In this document: positions 44,586-56,960 of the stretch, one piece after another
Layout: each line of letters starts with the position of its first letter
Numbering within the stretch: the stretch's first letter is position 1
From: the human T2T-CHM13v2.0 reference genome, Homo sapiens
Assembly: GCF_009914755.1 (NCBI RefSeq)
Contig: NC_060935.1
Direction: 5' to 3' (one strand)
Length of the DNA stretch: 64,000 bases
Program-made: the position numbers and the translations under genes
Notes under the pieces: generated by a model
What the model was told of the DNA's origin: nothing
Database searches by the model: none
What the model saw: the letters and a program-made list of their open reading frames with translations, nothing else

Positions 44586-44789
44586 GGTCACACTCATTCT
44601 ATGTGAATGAGTTTTTTCACATAGAATGTACTGTCTGTGGCTGCGTTGACAACACAACAGTAGAGCTGAATAGTTAAGACAGAAACTACAGAGCCTACAA
44701 GCCTACAGTATTTAGTATCTAGCCGTTCACCAGAAAAGTTTACTACCCTGGTCTCTAGATCACAGTATCATCAAAAGCATTCACATATC

Positions 44790-45122
44790 ACATTGTCGCA
44801 GGCCTAGAGTGAGGATAATCTCTGGTATCAACTTCATCTGTAAAAAATTAGACTCAGATACCGTTTCCAATCTTATCCCTTCAATAAAATGTTTCAAAGT
44901 TTCCAGCTAGATTTTTCCAGCAGCTTGTTTGCAACTTTACTTAGCATTTCCTATGTTACTTATTATACAAATTTAGTTGCTTTTATATCTGTTTCTCCTT
45001 ATTAGATTTGAAAGAAACTTAACAAAAATTACATTGTATGCATCTGTATATCTCCTTTGATGCCTACATAGTGTCTGGCAGCTTTAAGGTATTAAATAAC
45101 TCTATGTTGACTGAATGAATAT
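44790..45122 (+). mobile_element. L2 3' fragment
   Basis: CCTACATAGTGTCTGGCA...TATGTTGACTGAATGAAT terminus. Confidence 0.6.
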
Positions 45123-46391
45123 CTACAGTAGTAGGAAATATCAACTGCTCTTGAAAGGAACATGATCATGCTTCCTGGATTTGCATGAAGAAATTGACAT
45201 CATTTGATTCCCCAGTAGTCTAAGGGAAGGGAGGAGATAAAGAGAAAAACTGTACCATTCTTCAAGACACAGTAGCTGCTCTTCTCATCTCAGCTCTTCT
45301 CATCTATAGTGAGGAGGAAACAACAGAAACCTGTATTTGCACAGATGTGAAAACAACTTATATTAATGTTGAGAAATAATACCAAGATTCTGAGGGGCTG
45401 TGTGAGCTGGAATTAGTCAGTTAGGTAACAGTGGGTAACATAGTGGGATGTCCCAGTATATTTTAGTGTACATCATATTTTTTTCATTATCATCTCCCTC
45501 AATAATACCAAAAATATTTTTCTTCCATTAGTATGTTTTATATTTCTTATGATACACTTTGAGATTCATTTCTTCCTTTAAGTTTCACAACAATCTTATA
45601 CATTATGTTTGGTTCTGTTTTAATATTGGGAAATAAATAGAAAAGACCGTTAAAATAAGTACTCAATCATGTTATCTCTACCTAAAAAAAGAAGAAAAAT
45701 AAAAGAAAATAGACATTGGTCATAATTAGGAATCTCTTGTATATTTCCTTCCTAAAGTATTTGTGGCAGTGAATGGGATTTATCTTCTGAATTTTCAGAC
45801 AAATTAAATCCCGAAAAAAAATGCAGCTATCTCTTCTCCTTTCCTCAAGCCAACTCAGTTGAAGCCAAAGGAATAGTTTTGTAAGAGCAAAACCAGTGTA
45901 CACAGTAGGGATGTTATAGATTATTAATGAAGTCATTTGTGTGGTTCTGACATTAGTTCATTTTCAAGCATCCTTATTTTTGTCACTGCAAATCCGTTTT
46001 TCAAGATGGTTTTTCTCCCCTCTCCTCCCAAAGACTATATCCAGGGAGAAGAAATAAATAGACGGCAGAAAGATTCTATGAATTGTATAACCAGGTAGAA
46101 CTTTGAACTATTAACTTGGGTGGTTTTCCACAGCTCTCTCTTATACCCTTCTTCGAAATCCATTGTCTTGATTACAATTCTACCGGTAGTAATAACTTTC
46201 ATTATATTCTACTCTGTGGAGAGCAATTGATTCAGCTGAAAACCAACAGTCAAATTGAAGGCATTGAGTTTGAAAATCTGTCCCTATACCCATATCAGTA
46301 GTAAAATTCTTAAAAGTCAAGACTTTCAAACACATGAACTAAGGTTTGGAGAGAAAGGGAGAAAAAATGGAAAAGAAGGCATTATGATCAA

Positions 46392-46818
46392 TGTTATAGT
46401 TAGGATGTTTGTCCCCTTCAAAACTCATGTTGAAATTTAACTCCCAGTGTAGGATGTGAGACCTAAATGGGAGGTGTATGTGTCGTGGCGGCAGATCCCT
46501 CATGAATACATTAATGCACCAGGGAGGAATGAATAAATTCTCACTCTGTTAGTTTCCATGATTGGTGGTTGTTAAAAAGAGCTTGGTAGCTCCCCTCTTG
46601 CTCTCTCCTGCTTTCTCTCTCGCCATGTGATCTCTGCACATGCCAGCTCCTCCTTCCACTTCCTCCATGAATAAAAGCAACCTGAGTCCCTCACCAGAAG
46701 GAGATGTCAGTGCCTTCTTGTACATCCTGCAGAATCACAAGCCAAATAAATCTCTTTTCTTTATAAATTTCCCAGCCTCAGGTATTCTTTTATAACAACA
46801 CAAATGGACTAAAATCAT
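46392..46818 (+). mobile_element. MST-family (MaLR) solo LTR
   Basis: TGTTATAGTT...CAAAACTCATGTTGAAAT...GCAGATCCCTCATGAAT...CCTCACCAGAAG...CAAATGGACTAA. Confidence 0.85.
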
Positions 46819-48749
46819 CTAAAAAACATTTTTCCTACTCAAAAGAAGATAAAAGTGTGACCAAGAGTAGGAAGAGGAAAATCATAGAAATGTGAAGAGA
46901 GTTTCAATACCCGCAAGTCTACATAAAGAACACCAATTTTTTGCAACAATGCCCATAGACAAACTAAAAGCCCGGAGAATCCCCAAGAGAAAATCTAGAT
47001 CCATCTGTCAGGGACAATGGAGGGAGGATCCAGGAGCAGAAGAAAAGATTACTTACTTTCCCAATGTTATAGCCAGGGAGAACTGCAAGACTCCAAAATA
47101 GCCAATTATTGGCACCTGAGCTGTAAAGTAGTTATCACTGAGTGTTGGACAAATGGGATAGAGAACAGACTTTCATAATCCAATGCACTGCAGTGGAGTG
47201 AGGAGAGCACCCAGACATTTTCATCTGGAATGGAAGTGGCTCAACAGTCACTGGTGGCCCTGGAGATGTCTCATTATGGAGGCAAAATGAATGAGGCATA
47301 ATCTACAAGGATATAGTATCAGAGGAGGGGAGTGAAGTGTAGGACTTAGGGAAGGCTCAATAGAGACAGGAACTGACAACAAACCAATGGAATTTGCACA
47401 TCTCAATAGAAACCAGCCTGCGATGTCCACAGAAAGACACTTAAAGACACTTACCCTCAAGGTCAAAACAACTTACCCCCTCCCCAAAGTGAGATTACTT
47501 CACAGAGAAGAAATAAAAAAGAAGAAAGAGCCTAAAGAGAGTGCGTTTAAATCCTAGTAAGATGAATTTACATGGGAAGTGATTAGATCTATCGGGCAGA
47601 GTAGAGCTTGAGAAGCTAAGTTCAATTACCCAGAAATAAAGGAAAACTTATTTGCACCCTTAAGCACGTGTCTCTGAAAAGTGTGCCCTCTGTAATTGTT
47701 TGTAGAGTTCCAGTAAATACAGAAAGAGACAAGAGGTGCCTAATACATCATAAGACGTTAAAGGATACTGGCTAGCATTTACATAGTTCAGAGTGCTTTC
47801 CATGTGTTAACTCATGTAATCCTCACAACAACTGTAAGGGATAGATAATGCTATCCTCACTTTCACAACTGAGGGAGTCAAGGCATTCAATAATTTGCCC
47901 TACATCAGGGTAGGAAATGGGATTGGAACCCAACCAAGTGCTCCAGAGGCTGATGACTCAATTTCTGCTCAGATGGCCTCTCAGTTGAATTGCAGTGGTG
48001 GCAGCACCTGGGCTTCCATTGGTTCTTTCTACCAGAGACATTGCAATCTTTGCCTTCTGTCTCCAGAAATCACATCATCTTTTTGGTCTATATCCTCTTG
48101 TCTCAACTCGGATTTTCCTGATTTCTAAGCCCTGGTCTTTCTCCAGCAGAGCCTTTCCATTCATACCTGAGCTTCATGATCCCCACAGTGGGGATCTCTG
48201 CCTCCCTTCACTGCCCCAGTGCCCTGGGCTCAATTTTCTGGCTGTCATTGGAAGGAACAGACTGGGGCCTCTGTCTGCCCTTCCCAGTCTGCTCCAGCTG
48301 GTCCTTTAGTTCTCTTTAGTTCTTTCTCAAGGAAGAAACACAGCTGCCCAGTCAGCTTCAGTGACCAATGCCAAAGAAGGCCAGGAGCAAAGCTAGGCAT
48401 CACAGACAGTGAAGCATGAAGTTTTATTGAGAAAAATCCAAATATTGAAGCAACTGTGGCAACGCAATGTTGAAGAAAGATCAAACTTATTTCCAATGGT
48501 TTCAGAGGTAGGTCAATTACAAACACATGGAAAGCAGAAGAGGAAAATATATGCGTCCAAAGGGAGAAAAAAATTCTTAAAACTGGAATTAGGCCATAAA
48601 GTAATAACTACTTTGAGGGCTTGTGAGCTGCATGTCTAGAAGACATTCACCAAGGTCTAAATGTCCCCCACCTCAAGGGGATGCGGGATGGAGGAGGGAA
48701 GGAATGACTAGAGGACCTGTGTAATCCCTAAATTGCTATTATCCTAGAT

Positions 48750-49272
48750 CAGATATCAGCAATCTTTTTTTCTGTACAAGATGAGATAGAAAAGATTTTG
48801 GACATTGTTGTTCTTCCAGTTTCTATCAGCTACTCATTTCTGACATTATAGCTAGAAAGTACCACAGACAAATAGGTGTGGCTGTATTCCAAAACATCTT
48901 TACAGGCATGTATTGCTTAACAATGGGGATACATTCTGAGAAACATATCTTAGGTGATATAATCATTTGCAAACATCACAGAGTATACTTAAACAAGCCT
49001 ACTACATACCTAGGCTGTATGGTGTAGACTATCACTCCTAGGCTATAAATCCATACAGCGTGTGACTGTACTGAATACTGTAGGCAACTGTATCCCAATG
49101 GTAAGTATTTGTACATCTAAACATACCTAAATATAAGAAAGATAGAGTAAAAACATGGCTTTATGATCCCATGGGACTACTGTCACATATGTGGTCTGTC
49201 GTTAACAAAAATGTTATGCAGCACATGGCTGCATTTGTAAAAGAAGGCAGCTGGGTTTGGCCTGCAGGCTGC
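48750..49272 (-). mobile_element. MER58A interrupted by Tigger3a/MER7-type element (48903-49231)
   Basis: The inner element runs CAGGCATGTATTGCTTAAC ... GTTATGCAGCACATGGCTG, with the internal TACTGAATACTGTAGGCAA typical of Tigger3. The flanks are reverse MER58A halves. Confidence 0.8.
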
Positions 49273-52200
49273 AGTTTGTTCTAGATAATTCCAAATTTAG
49301 GTAACTTAAATCTAGGAAATAAATTTTTCCTGGATAATTTCGGCATCATTGTGAAAGAACTGTGAGAATTATGGGTGTAAAGATCTGAGTGAAGGGAAGA
49401 GGAGAAGCTCTACGCAGGATTGGAGAGGCTGGGAAGCATGAAGGCTTTCTCCCACCTTTGGTTTTGCCTCAGGTTGGCATTCCCTGCATAGGTGGCTCCC
49501 TGCAGGCCTGAGCGACCAGTGTCAGTGTCATGGATTCCAGGCAGCCTCCAGAGATCCACTGCCTGGAGAATCAAAAAATGTTAAATGTCCATGTTGAAAA
49601 ACATAAAATTATTATCCAGTGCAACACTTCACTTTGAGAATAGAGATATTAAGGTCCATGGAAGAAAGTAACTTCTCCAAGGACACATTTGAGTGGCAGA
49701 TCTAAGCCTTAAAATTGCATTGCCCATTTACTTTATTGATGTTTTCCTTGAATGTGACTGAGGGTAGATATTCCACAAATTGAAGAAGTCCTGACAGGTG
49801 TCATAGCTGTGGGCTTACGTAGGTGAGACACAGCATGGGCTGAAGATGCACAGATTAAAATAACTCTACACTGGTAAATCCCCCCAGAGAATCGGTGGTA
49901 CAATTTCTCATTTATTTTCTATATGTTCTTAAACAAGCCCTAGAAATATCTCATAAAATTGGATTATATTTATTTCTCTAAATGTATATTAAGCTCCTAT
50001 CCAAAACCCACAGTTATACTTCCTCCTGTTCAGAAGTCCTCTTTACTGGTTCTGTGTGCCTCTGCATCCTCCTCACCTTCACTTCAAGCCCAGCCTCCTC
50101 TCCTGGGGACAGTAAGCAGAGGCACAGATTATCACTTGCAATAACCAATGCCAGCCCCATGCACATTGCCTAAAGCTAAGCCTAAATCCACCTCACAGAA
50201 TGGCAGTTATCTAAAGAGCTCATGAAGTACCCCCACCCATCCCATCCTGAAGATTCCACCCATTCTTCCCTTTGCCCAATAACCAGAGTGTTCTGGCAAT
50301 TAGCTAGTTCAAAGCCCTCTCTCCTCATGGACGCGTGCTATCAGAGAACCCAAAAAAAAGCAGCTATCTTCAGCAGCAGGAATCCAAAAACATCTGGGTT
50401 GCATCCCGAGCTGTCAGTCTTGCTAACTTATTAATAACAGAGGGAGATGACCAAAAAACTGGATAAAAGGTTATCAGCTTCTCTTCTCTCCTCTCTCGCA
50501 TCTTTCTGATGGCCTGATTGATGCCAGATTGCCTGGCACGGGACAGAAATGCTATTTTTAGTTGGCTCTGAATCTGAGGGGCTTTTATTTCTGCTTGTGA
50601 ACCTTTATAAATATTTAAGAGAAAGAAAAAGCATGAATGGGGGAACATGTGGCTGCATGGATATCCATCAAAGCTGGCTGTGGAAATTATAGATATGTGT
50701 GTGTAGCTGGAGAGCTGTCTGGAATTATGGAGCTGCGTGTGCATGAATAAAAGAAAACTCTCAAAGCCTTGGAGACAACTTCAAAGCCAAGAGGAAATCA
50801 AGGCTCATAATGTGCACACCCTGGGCTCTTTATTCAACTGCTTCCCTGACCTCAGCCTCTGTTTTCCAGTCATAGTACAGGTGTGCTTACCTTCCCTCTC
50901 CTGAAAATGGGAAATGCTGGGTGGGAGAGGGGCTCCAAGATTTGGGTTCAAGCCTTGGGTCTTTCCATGACCACAGGCAAACAAGGTATTTCACCCACTA
51001 GGGCTCAGGATCCCATATAGAAAATGAAGTCAGCATGAAGCTCCACATCTAAATTTATACTTGTAAAAAATTATTCTTCATTCTTATGATCTTTATGCAA
51101 ATTTATTCCTTCATTTCAGAAGAATCTGAAATGTCTTACCTTTTGTTTTCTCGCATGGCACATTAAAAAGTCAATTCGACAAGCATTTCCTGAGTGTCTG
51201 CTTCACTAAATACCCAGTGCTGGCCCAGTGTGAGAAAAGAAGTTCTGGGAGGATGGTGTTCTTTGGTAGACGAATGGGCAAGATCCTCTTCAGTTCCCCC
51301 GGCACAGCTTCAAAAGGCGGCAGCTCCTTTCAAGAGGGAAGAGCCTATCAACTCCTTTTTTTCAGGGAAAGGGCTCCCATGGATCCAAGTTTTCACCAAG
51401 ATTTCACTCATTCTTATTTGTCTCACCAAAACTGTGAATGATATATTCTGAAGGGCCGGAAAGGGGAGGGCAACCACCTGTACACTCATGCAATGATTCT
51501 TTCAGTAGTATTTATTGAGCACCTACTACGTTAAGTACTGACAATCCTGCATCAGAGAAGGAACCACAATGCCTGCATTGTGGAATTTACAATCCAATTA
51601 GGAATTACAGGCATTGAAAAAATCATAACAAACTTGATAGACATGCATAGGATGTCACCGCATGGAAGCCCATAAGGGAGGTGGAATCATCCACTTCATA
51701 ATGTTCCCTTTAACTGATCTCAGCATGTCCCTGTAGGAAGCCACAGACTATTCTTTAAAAGCCATCACAAGTATCTGAGAGCAGCCCAGGACATTCCTCC
51801 TGACTTGCCATCCTCTCCCTGCATCTACATCAATCCTCCTGTAGGTCCCCATGGCTCAGCTCTGTGGTTCCGGCCTCTGTTTTTATCCCTTCCTTGTTTA
51901 TTATGTTTATGTATTCACTCCTTTGGAGTGGCAGTTCAAGCAGTCACCCCTCTTCAACTCAGGTGAGTGCTGGCAGGACCCCTAATCTGCCTCCTGACCA
52001 TGCACACCAGGTACAGCTGAAGTAAAACCACCAGCCTCCCACCTTGACCTCCCAGCCCTCAGCCACCCATGGAAGAAGGCAGCATTGCAATGAAGGACAA
52101 ACATAAACCACTTAGGCTCTGTGTCAAAGACTCTGCCCACGTGGTCAGAATGTCAGTCATCCCTGTGAGTGTGAAGCGCTGAGGGGACGAATGAAAGAAA

Positions 52201-53519
52201 GAGACTGAGTTTCTCAGCAGCACAGACAAATTAAAGCTGGGACTGTCTGCCCGCTGTGCACCTTGCCAGCTGCCTTTTCTTCCCTGCTCCCGCGTGAAGC
52301 CTCAATAAAGCAGGTCTGCTTGAGGGACCACCCTGCAGCTTACCTGTACTTTTATGACTTCCCCACACAGCTCTCATGCCCTTCCCACCCAGAAAATTCC
52401 TGCATTTCTGTCGAAATCTGGCATCTCCCTTGAAAATTATTCCCTGATCACCACCTACCACCAGAAGAGATCATTTCTGAGCAGCCTTTCTCCCATAAGA
52501 CCTTGTACTTCTACTAACATGGAACCGCTCCTTCAACAGATATTTACTGAGCTCCACCTTGCAGGTCCTGTGATTGGTTTTTGGCAGTCTGTCTCTTCTC
52601 CATCAGGATGGACAGCCTGAAAGCAGAACCCATACCTTTTGTCTGAGAATAGTGCATACATAAGCCCTCTGCCTAGTAAGTATTAGGCATTCAGTAGGTG
52701 CCTGGTCAATTGATGATATACTATGACTTACTTTTTGAAGGAGCTGAGAGACATGAATTGGCAGAGAGAAGACCTGAATTGATATCAAGGGAATTAGACT
52801 CCATGAGCAAGATAGAACTAAATTTGATTAAATGGGTCTCTTTCAACATCGTAATGCCATTCCAGAGTGGAAGTCTCCACTTTAGGACAGCTAATCTCTG
52901 GTTTCTAAGTTTCCCTAAGGGATCGCAGACAGGAATATAATCTGTTCCACAGGCCCTGTCCTCTTTCCCCTTTTGGCCTCTGATTCTTAGCATTGCAGAA
53001 ATATTACTCACAGAAATAAACTGACCTTTTGAAAAGTAACCGAAATCATGCATTCCAGCTGAGGACAATGAACTTGATGTTTAAAAAAGTATAAGCTTCT
53101 GTGCCAACATAATGAACTTGTTGGCTACTACTATGTTCTTTCAATTTTGGAATAAACATAAATGTGACCCTCAAACACTTGTTTTAATAAAATCATTTAG
53201 TGTGTGTGTTTTTTCTTCCTACCTTAGCCAAATGTTATTGAAAGTCCAGTGGGGTGGTTAAACCCTACCTTATCTCCTTAACAGTCACGAAGATCATAGA
53301 ATTTTTGTTTCAGAACCATGACCACCCCCTGCCCAATGACTTGTGTAATCCAAGATAGATCTGAAGGTGATTGCACATGATACAGATTTAATTCTATGAA
53401 CATAAGTGTAGAAGTGAAAACACAAAGCCCTTTGAGTTAGATTTATCCTTTCATCATTGATAGTAACAACCTTGGATATTCGCACAGTACCTGACAGTTT
53501 ACTAAAATGTACTTATTGT

Positions 53520-54160
53520 TGTCATATTTAATCCTTCCAAAAAAGTAGGAAGGTGTTTTATTATTATTATCATTGCCTATATCTTATGGATGCAGAAACT
53601 CAAGTTTGGAAACATTACATGATTTGCCAAAGGCCAAATGTAAAACAGGTTTTAGAAACCTGCGAGGTGTGGAGGAAAGTGTACAGGCTCCAGCCAGACA
53701 AAACCTAGTTTGATTTTTGGTTCCTCCACTTATAGCTTTATGATCCTTGACCTAAACAGCGATTACAACAAAATGTATCTCATGCTCACTGTGCCCAGGT
53801 CAATGTTCTAAGCACTTAGCTTGTCTTATATTATTTAATCTTCATAAGAGCCTATGAAATAAGTTCCATCATTATTCCCACTGACAGCTGAAGAACCTGA
53901 GACACAAAGGGATGGGAAACTTGTCTGGAATCTTCTAACTGATCAGTGGAAAAAACAGAATTAGAACCCATGTAATTTGACATCAGAGCCCAGGCTCCTA
54001 AGCACTAGGAAACCCCGTCTCCCTAAGTCAGTTTGCTTCTCTCAGTCACAATATTCTCATTGGTAAAAGGGAGGTAAATGGTGCCTACCTTGCACAATTG
54101 TTATTAAAAGTAGAAATAATATCCATCAAGTACCTAGCAAAATTCTTAGTAGGGCACTCT
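53520..54160. mobile_element. Cluster of nested MIR fragments
   Basis: Multiple MIR cores (ATTTAATCTTCATAAGAGCC...GAAGAACCTGAGAC...AGAACCCA; GTAAAAGGGAGGTAA...CCTACC). Confidence 0.6.
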
Positions 54161-54298
54161 CACCAAATTTTCAGATTTCTCTAACCCACGTGAGATTTTC
54201 CATGATATGCTAGGCCAGGATTTTTATTCTGAACCCATTTTGGAGTCCATAAATGAGCTTCAGAGACAATACAACCCTCCTGAAATGGCATCGGTAGG

Positions 54299-54379
54299 TC
54301 TATCTCTGTCTCTGTCTCTATCTCTTTCTAGCTGTGTGTGTTTGTGTGTGTATGTGTGTATGTGCGCGCATGCATGCAC
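54299..54379 (+). repeat. Compound (TC)n/(TG)n microsatellite inside an old hAT-Charlie MITE (~54216-54462)
   Basis: A TC-rich tract followed by a TG-rich tract; the flanks (GGAGTCCATAAATGAGCTTCAG / AGCTTTCATCAGATTC) resemble a Charlie-type MER. Confidence 0.7.
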
Positions 54380-55745
54380 TCATTTTTCTGGGGACACTGT
54401 CTCTAGCTTTCATCAGATTCACAAAAATGTCCATGTCTCCCAAAGAAACATTAGCACTACTGTTGGATAATCTTGAAATAAGTCATATACTCTCCAACTC
54501 TATTTTTTCATGTATAAAATCATTTAAATATTTTATCCAATCAACATCCTCAGCAGAAATGTGTTTGCCAATTCAACTTACTGTTAATCAAGTTTTAAGC
54601 TCATGTTATAAGAAGATCTATTTCGTTTCTTGGATGGGTATAATTGAGTTTGAAGATCTGAGGAAAGAAATGTTTCCTATATCTTGGCCTTCCTCCCTAT
54701 CAGCTGGCTGTGTTTGGGGCTGAGAAGAAGTCTGCATCAGCACATGTGAGTGTGTGTGTTTACATGGGCCCCAGGGGAAGTGATGACTGTGAGGCAGGCT
54801 GTATGCCTGTCCTGAAATGTCTGCCCTCCTCTTATCAGAAACCAATGTGCGTGTTTATTCTATTCCCTCATTAATCTCCTCCCAGCAAACCACAGACTGC
54901 CACAAGCAGCTTGATGTCTCAGCACACTTGGCAGCCAGGCAGGTCACTAATGAGTCCTCAGCACCCTGGCCTTGTTTGTTGCTCCCCAGCCCACCAGGAA
55001 CTGGACTCTGCTGGGCTGATGAGAAGTGGGCGGAAGGGAGTGTACTGGCCCCACAACCAAGGTGCGCACAGGGATGGACAGCCCCAGAGAGTCCCAATCC
55101 TCACACCGTCAAAGGACAGCAGACACAACTGATGCCAGTTTATATGAGGTTGACATGAAGTTCAAACCAGCCCACTGCTATTTTTAGTGGAGAGGTTGGC
55201 GGTGTGATTGCAGAGGGCCTTATTTAATAAATCACCTACTCCCGGGATTCGAGAATAAACAAACGCTATGAGCAGTGTGAAGCTGCCATCACCCCTCCTG
55301 CTCTGCATTTGCTTTCTCACCTTTGCTCGTCTTCTATTTCTGTTTTTCTGTTCCCACTTCTGTACTTCCTTCAGCTGGCTCTTTGAGAAACACAGCTGAG
55401 CTTAATGCATTCATTAAGTGGAACTAAATATTCCCGAAAAAAATTGAGTTATGACAACTTTTTGAATAAATATTTCATGGTCCTTAAAAGATTCTAGGGA
55501 TGTCTCTATAAACCACCTTCCAAACCCTCTTGCTTAAAGGGCTCTTGCCTCATTAGGGCACTGGCATTTCAATGTTGTATGCATTTTAACATTTAAATTA
55601 AAATTGTTCTAATTTAATAGCTTCATTCACCACAGCCTCTTATGTTATTATAATCACCTGTAAGTTATGCAATGGTGATAAATGGCATAAAGCTTTAAAG
55701 GTTTCAGATAATCATACCTATTTTATTCTCTCTCTCTCTCTCTCT

Positions 55746-55962
55746 CACCTCCTGAGCTCAAGCAATCCTCCCTCCTCAGCCTCCTAAGTATCTGGGACTA
55801 CAAGCATGTGCCACCCTACCTAGCTAATTTTTTAAATGTTTTTGTAGAGATGGGGTCTCATTATGTTTCCCAAGCTCATCTCAAACTCCTGGGCTCAAGC
55901 AGTCCTCTCCCCTGGGCCTCCCAAAGTCCTGGGATTACAGGTATGAGTTACTGTTCCCAGCT
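55746..55962 (-). mobile_element. AluJ-type, 3' part missing, abutting (TC)n
   Basis: CTCAAGCAATCCTCCC and CTCCTGGGCTCAAGC are J diagnostics; there is no poly(A) end, and (TC)n at 55727-55746 sits in its place. Confidence 0.85.
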
Positions 55963-56004
55963 CCTATTTTCTAATCTCCTCCCACACATTCCCCAATCTT
56001 TCAT

Positions 56005-56960
56005 AATCTAGGTTCTGCTCCCATCACTGATGGAAACTGCTTACTTAAAAGTGACCTGAGAGCTTCCAAATGCCTCTCCCCTCTCACACCTCTTCCTGCT
56101 CACCTGCGGACCCCCATCAGAGGGACCACTTCTACCATGTGACAGCACCCCCCTTACTTTCTGTCACCCAGCCCAGCACTGGTTGCCTTCCACTTATTTA
56201 GACTTTTCTATCAGCCCATGTTGCCGAGACTTTCATCTGAATCTTCCCCTTATGTGCAATCCTTATGTTCAGCTTTGGTTTATTCACTTACCTAATAGTG
56301 TTATTATTAAGTGCCCATGAATGCCAAAGCCACTTCCAACAACATATCAAACTGATTATCTGAAAACCTTCCAATTACAAAATACCTAGAAAACTCAGTA
56401 ATTATATAAGAAGTAGTTTAAATAAGGGGGAAAAAACACAACAAGAAACATGAAAGTAGGAGGAAAATTTTTTAAAAGATAGTATGCAGGGTATCAAACA
56501 ATCCCATCTTTTCTCAAGCAAAATCCAAACCCATATTTTTGACCACCTACTATACAGTCTCTTTTGACTACGCTATAAAAGGCTTAAGCTCAAAGTGGTG
56601 AGAAATGAGCTAAATATCTTTCTTCAAAATGTTTCTTCACATTTGTTCCCAGGCTAAGTACACAGAAACATAAATCTTCTGTTCATACATTCCCAGAATT
56701 TCTAAGTCATCTTTTACCTACCCTCTCTTTGGTCCTGCTGTAACCTGGAATCCAGTGTACCTGGGAAGAGTCCTGGTACCTATGAGTCTATCTGGTTACT
56801 TCCTATTCATTTTCTCCATTTCCTAAGTCCCCGTGGCTAGACTTCCTTACCTTGTGCATTCTCTAAATCCTCTCCTGAGACCAAAATCCTTCTCTAAGAA
56901 GCTGGTGTCCTGACACTGTCTAGTTTTTACCAAACCCTTCCGTGAGATCTTCTGTGCCAT
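56005..56960 (+). mobile_element. L2 body fragments
   Basis: GGAAACTGCTTACTTAAAAGTGACC corresponds to the L2 RT motif ETAL.KVT; degenerate L2-like sequence follows. Confidence 0.45.

Larger units (their letters stand above)
44043..44750 (+). mobile_element. MER58A (hAT-Charlie) split by a ~490-bp insertion
   Basis: The left half (GGGCCAAATC...TTTTATTGAAACACAGTCACACTCATTC) and right half (ATGTACTGTCTGTGGCTGC...CAGAAAAGTTTACTACCCTG) are contiguous in the MER58A consensus. Confidence 0.85.

Noticed and set aside
44113-44629. Repeat-spacer-repeat pattern suggesting a CRISPR-like array or a new MITE
   Set aside because: The repeats alternate in orientation, derive from the insertion site, and flank ~200-bp copies of adjacent DNA. 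With a single copy and no TSD, a repair scar explains it better.
45278-45305. 15-bp-period duplication GCTCTTCTCATCT x2 (similar small ones near 13665 and 33645)
   Set aside because: These are ordinary slippage micro-duplications.
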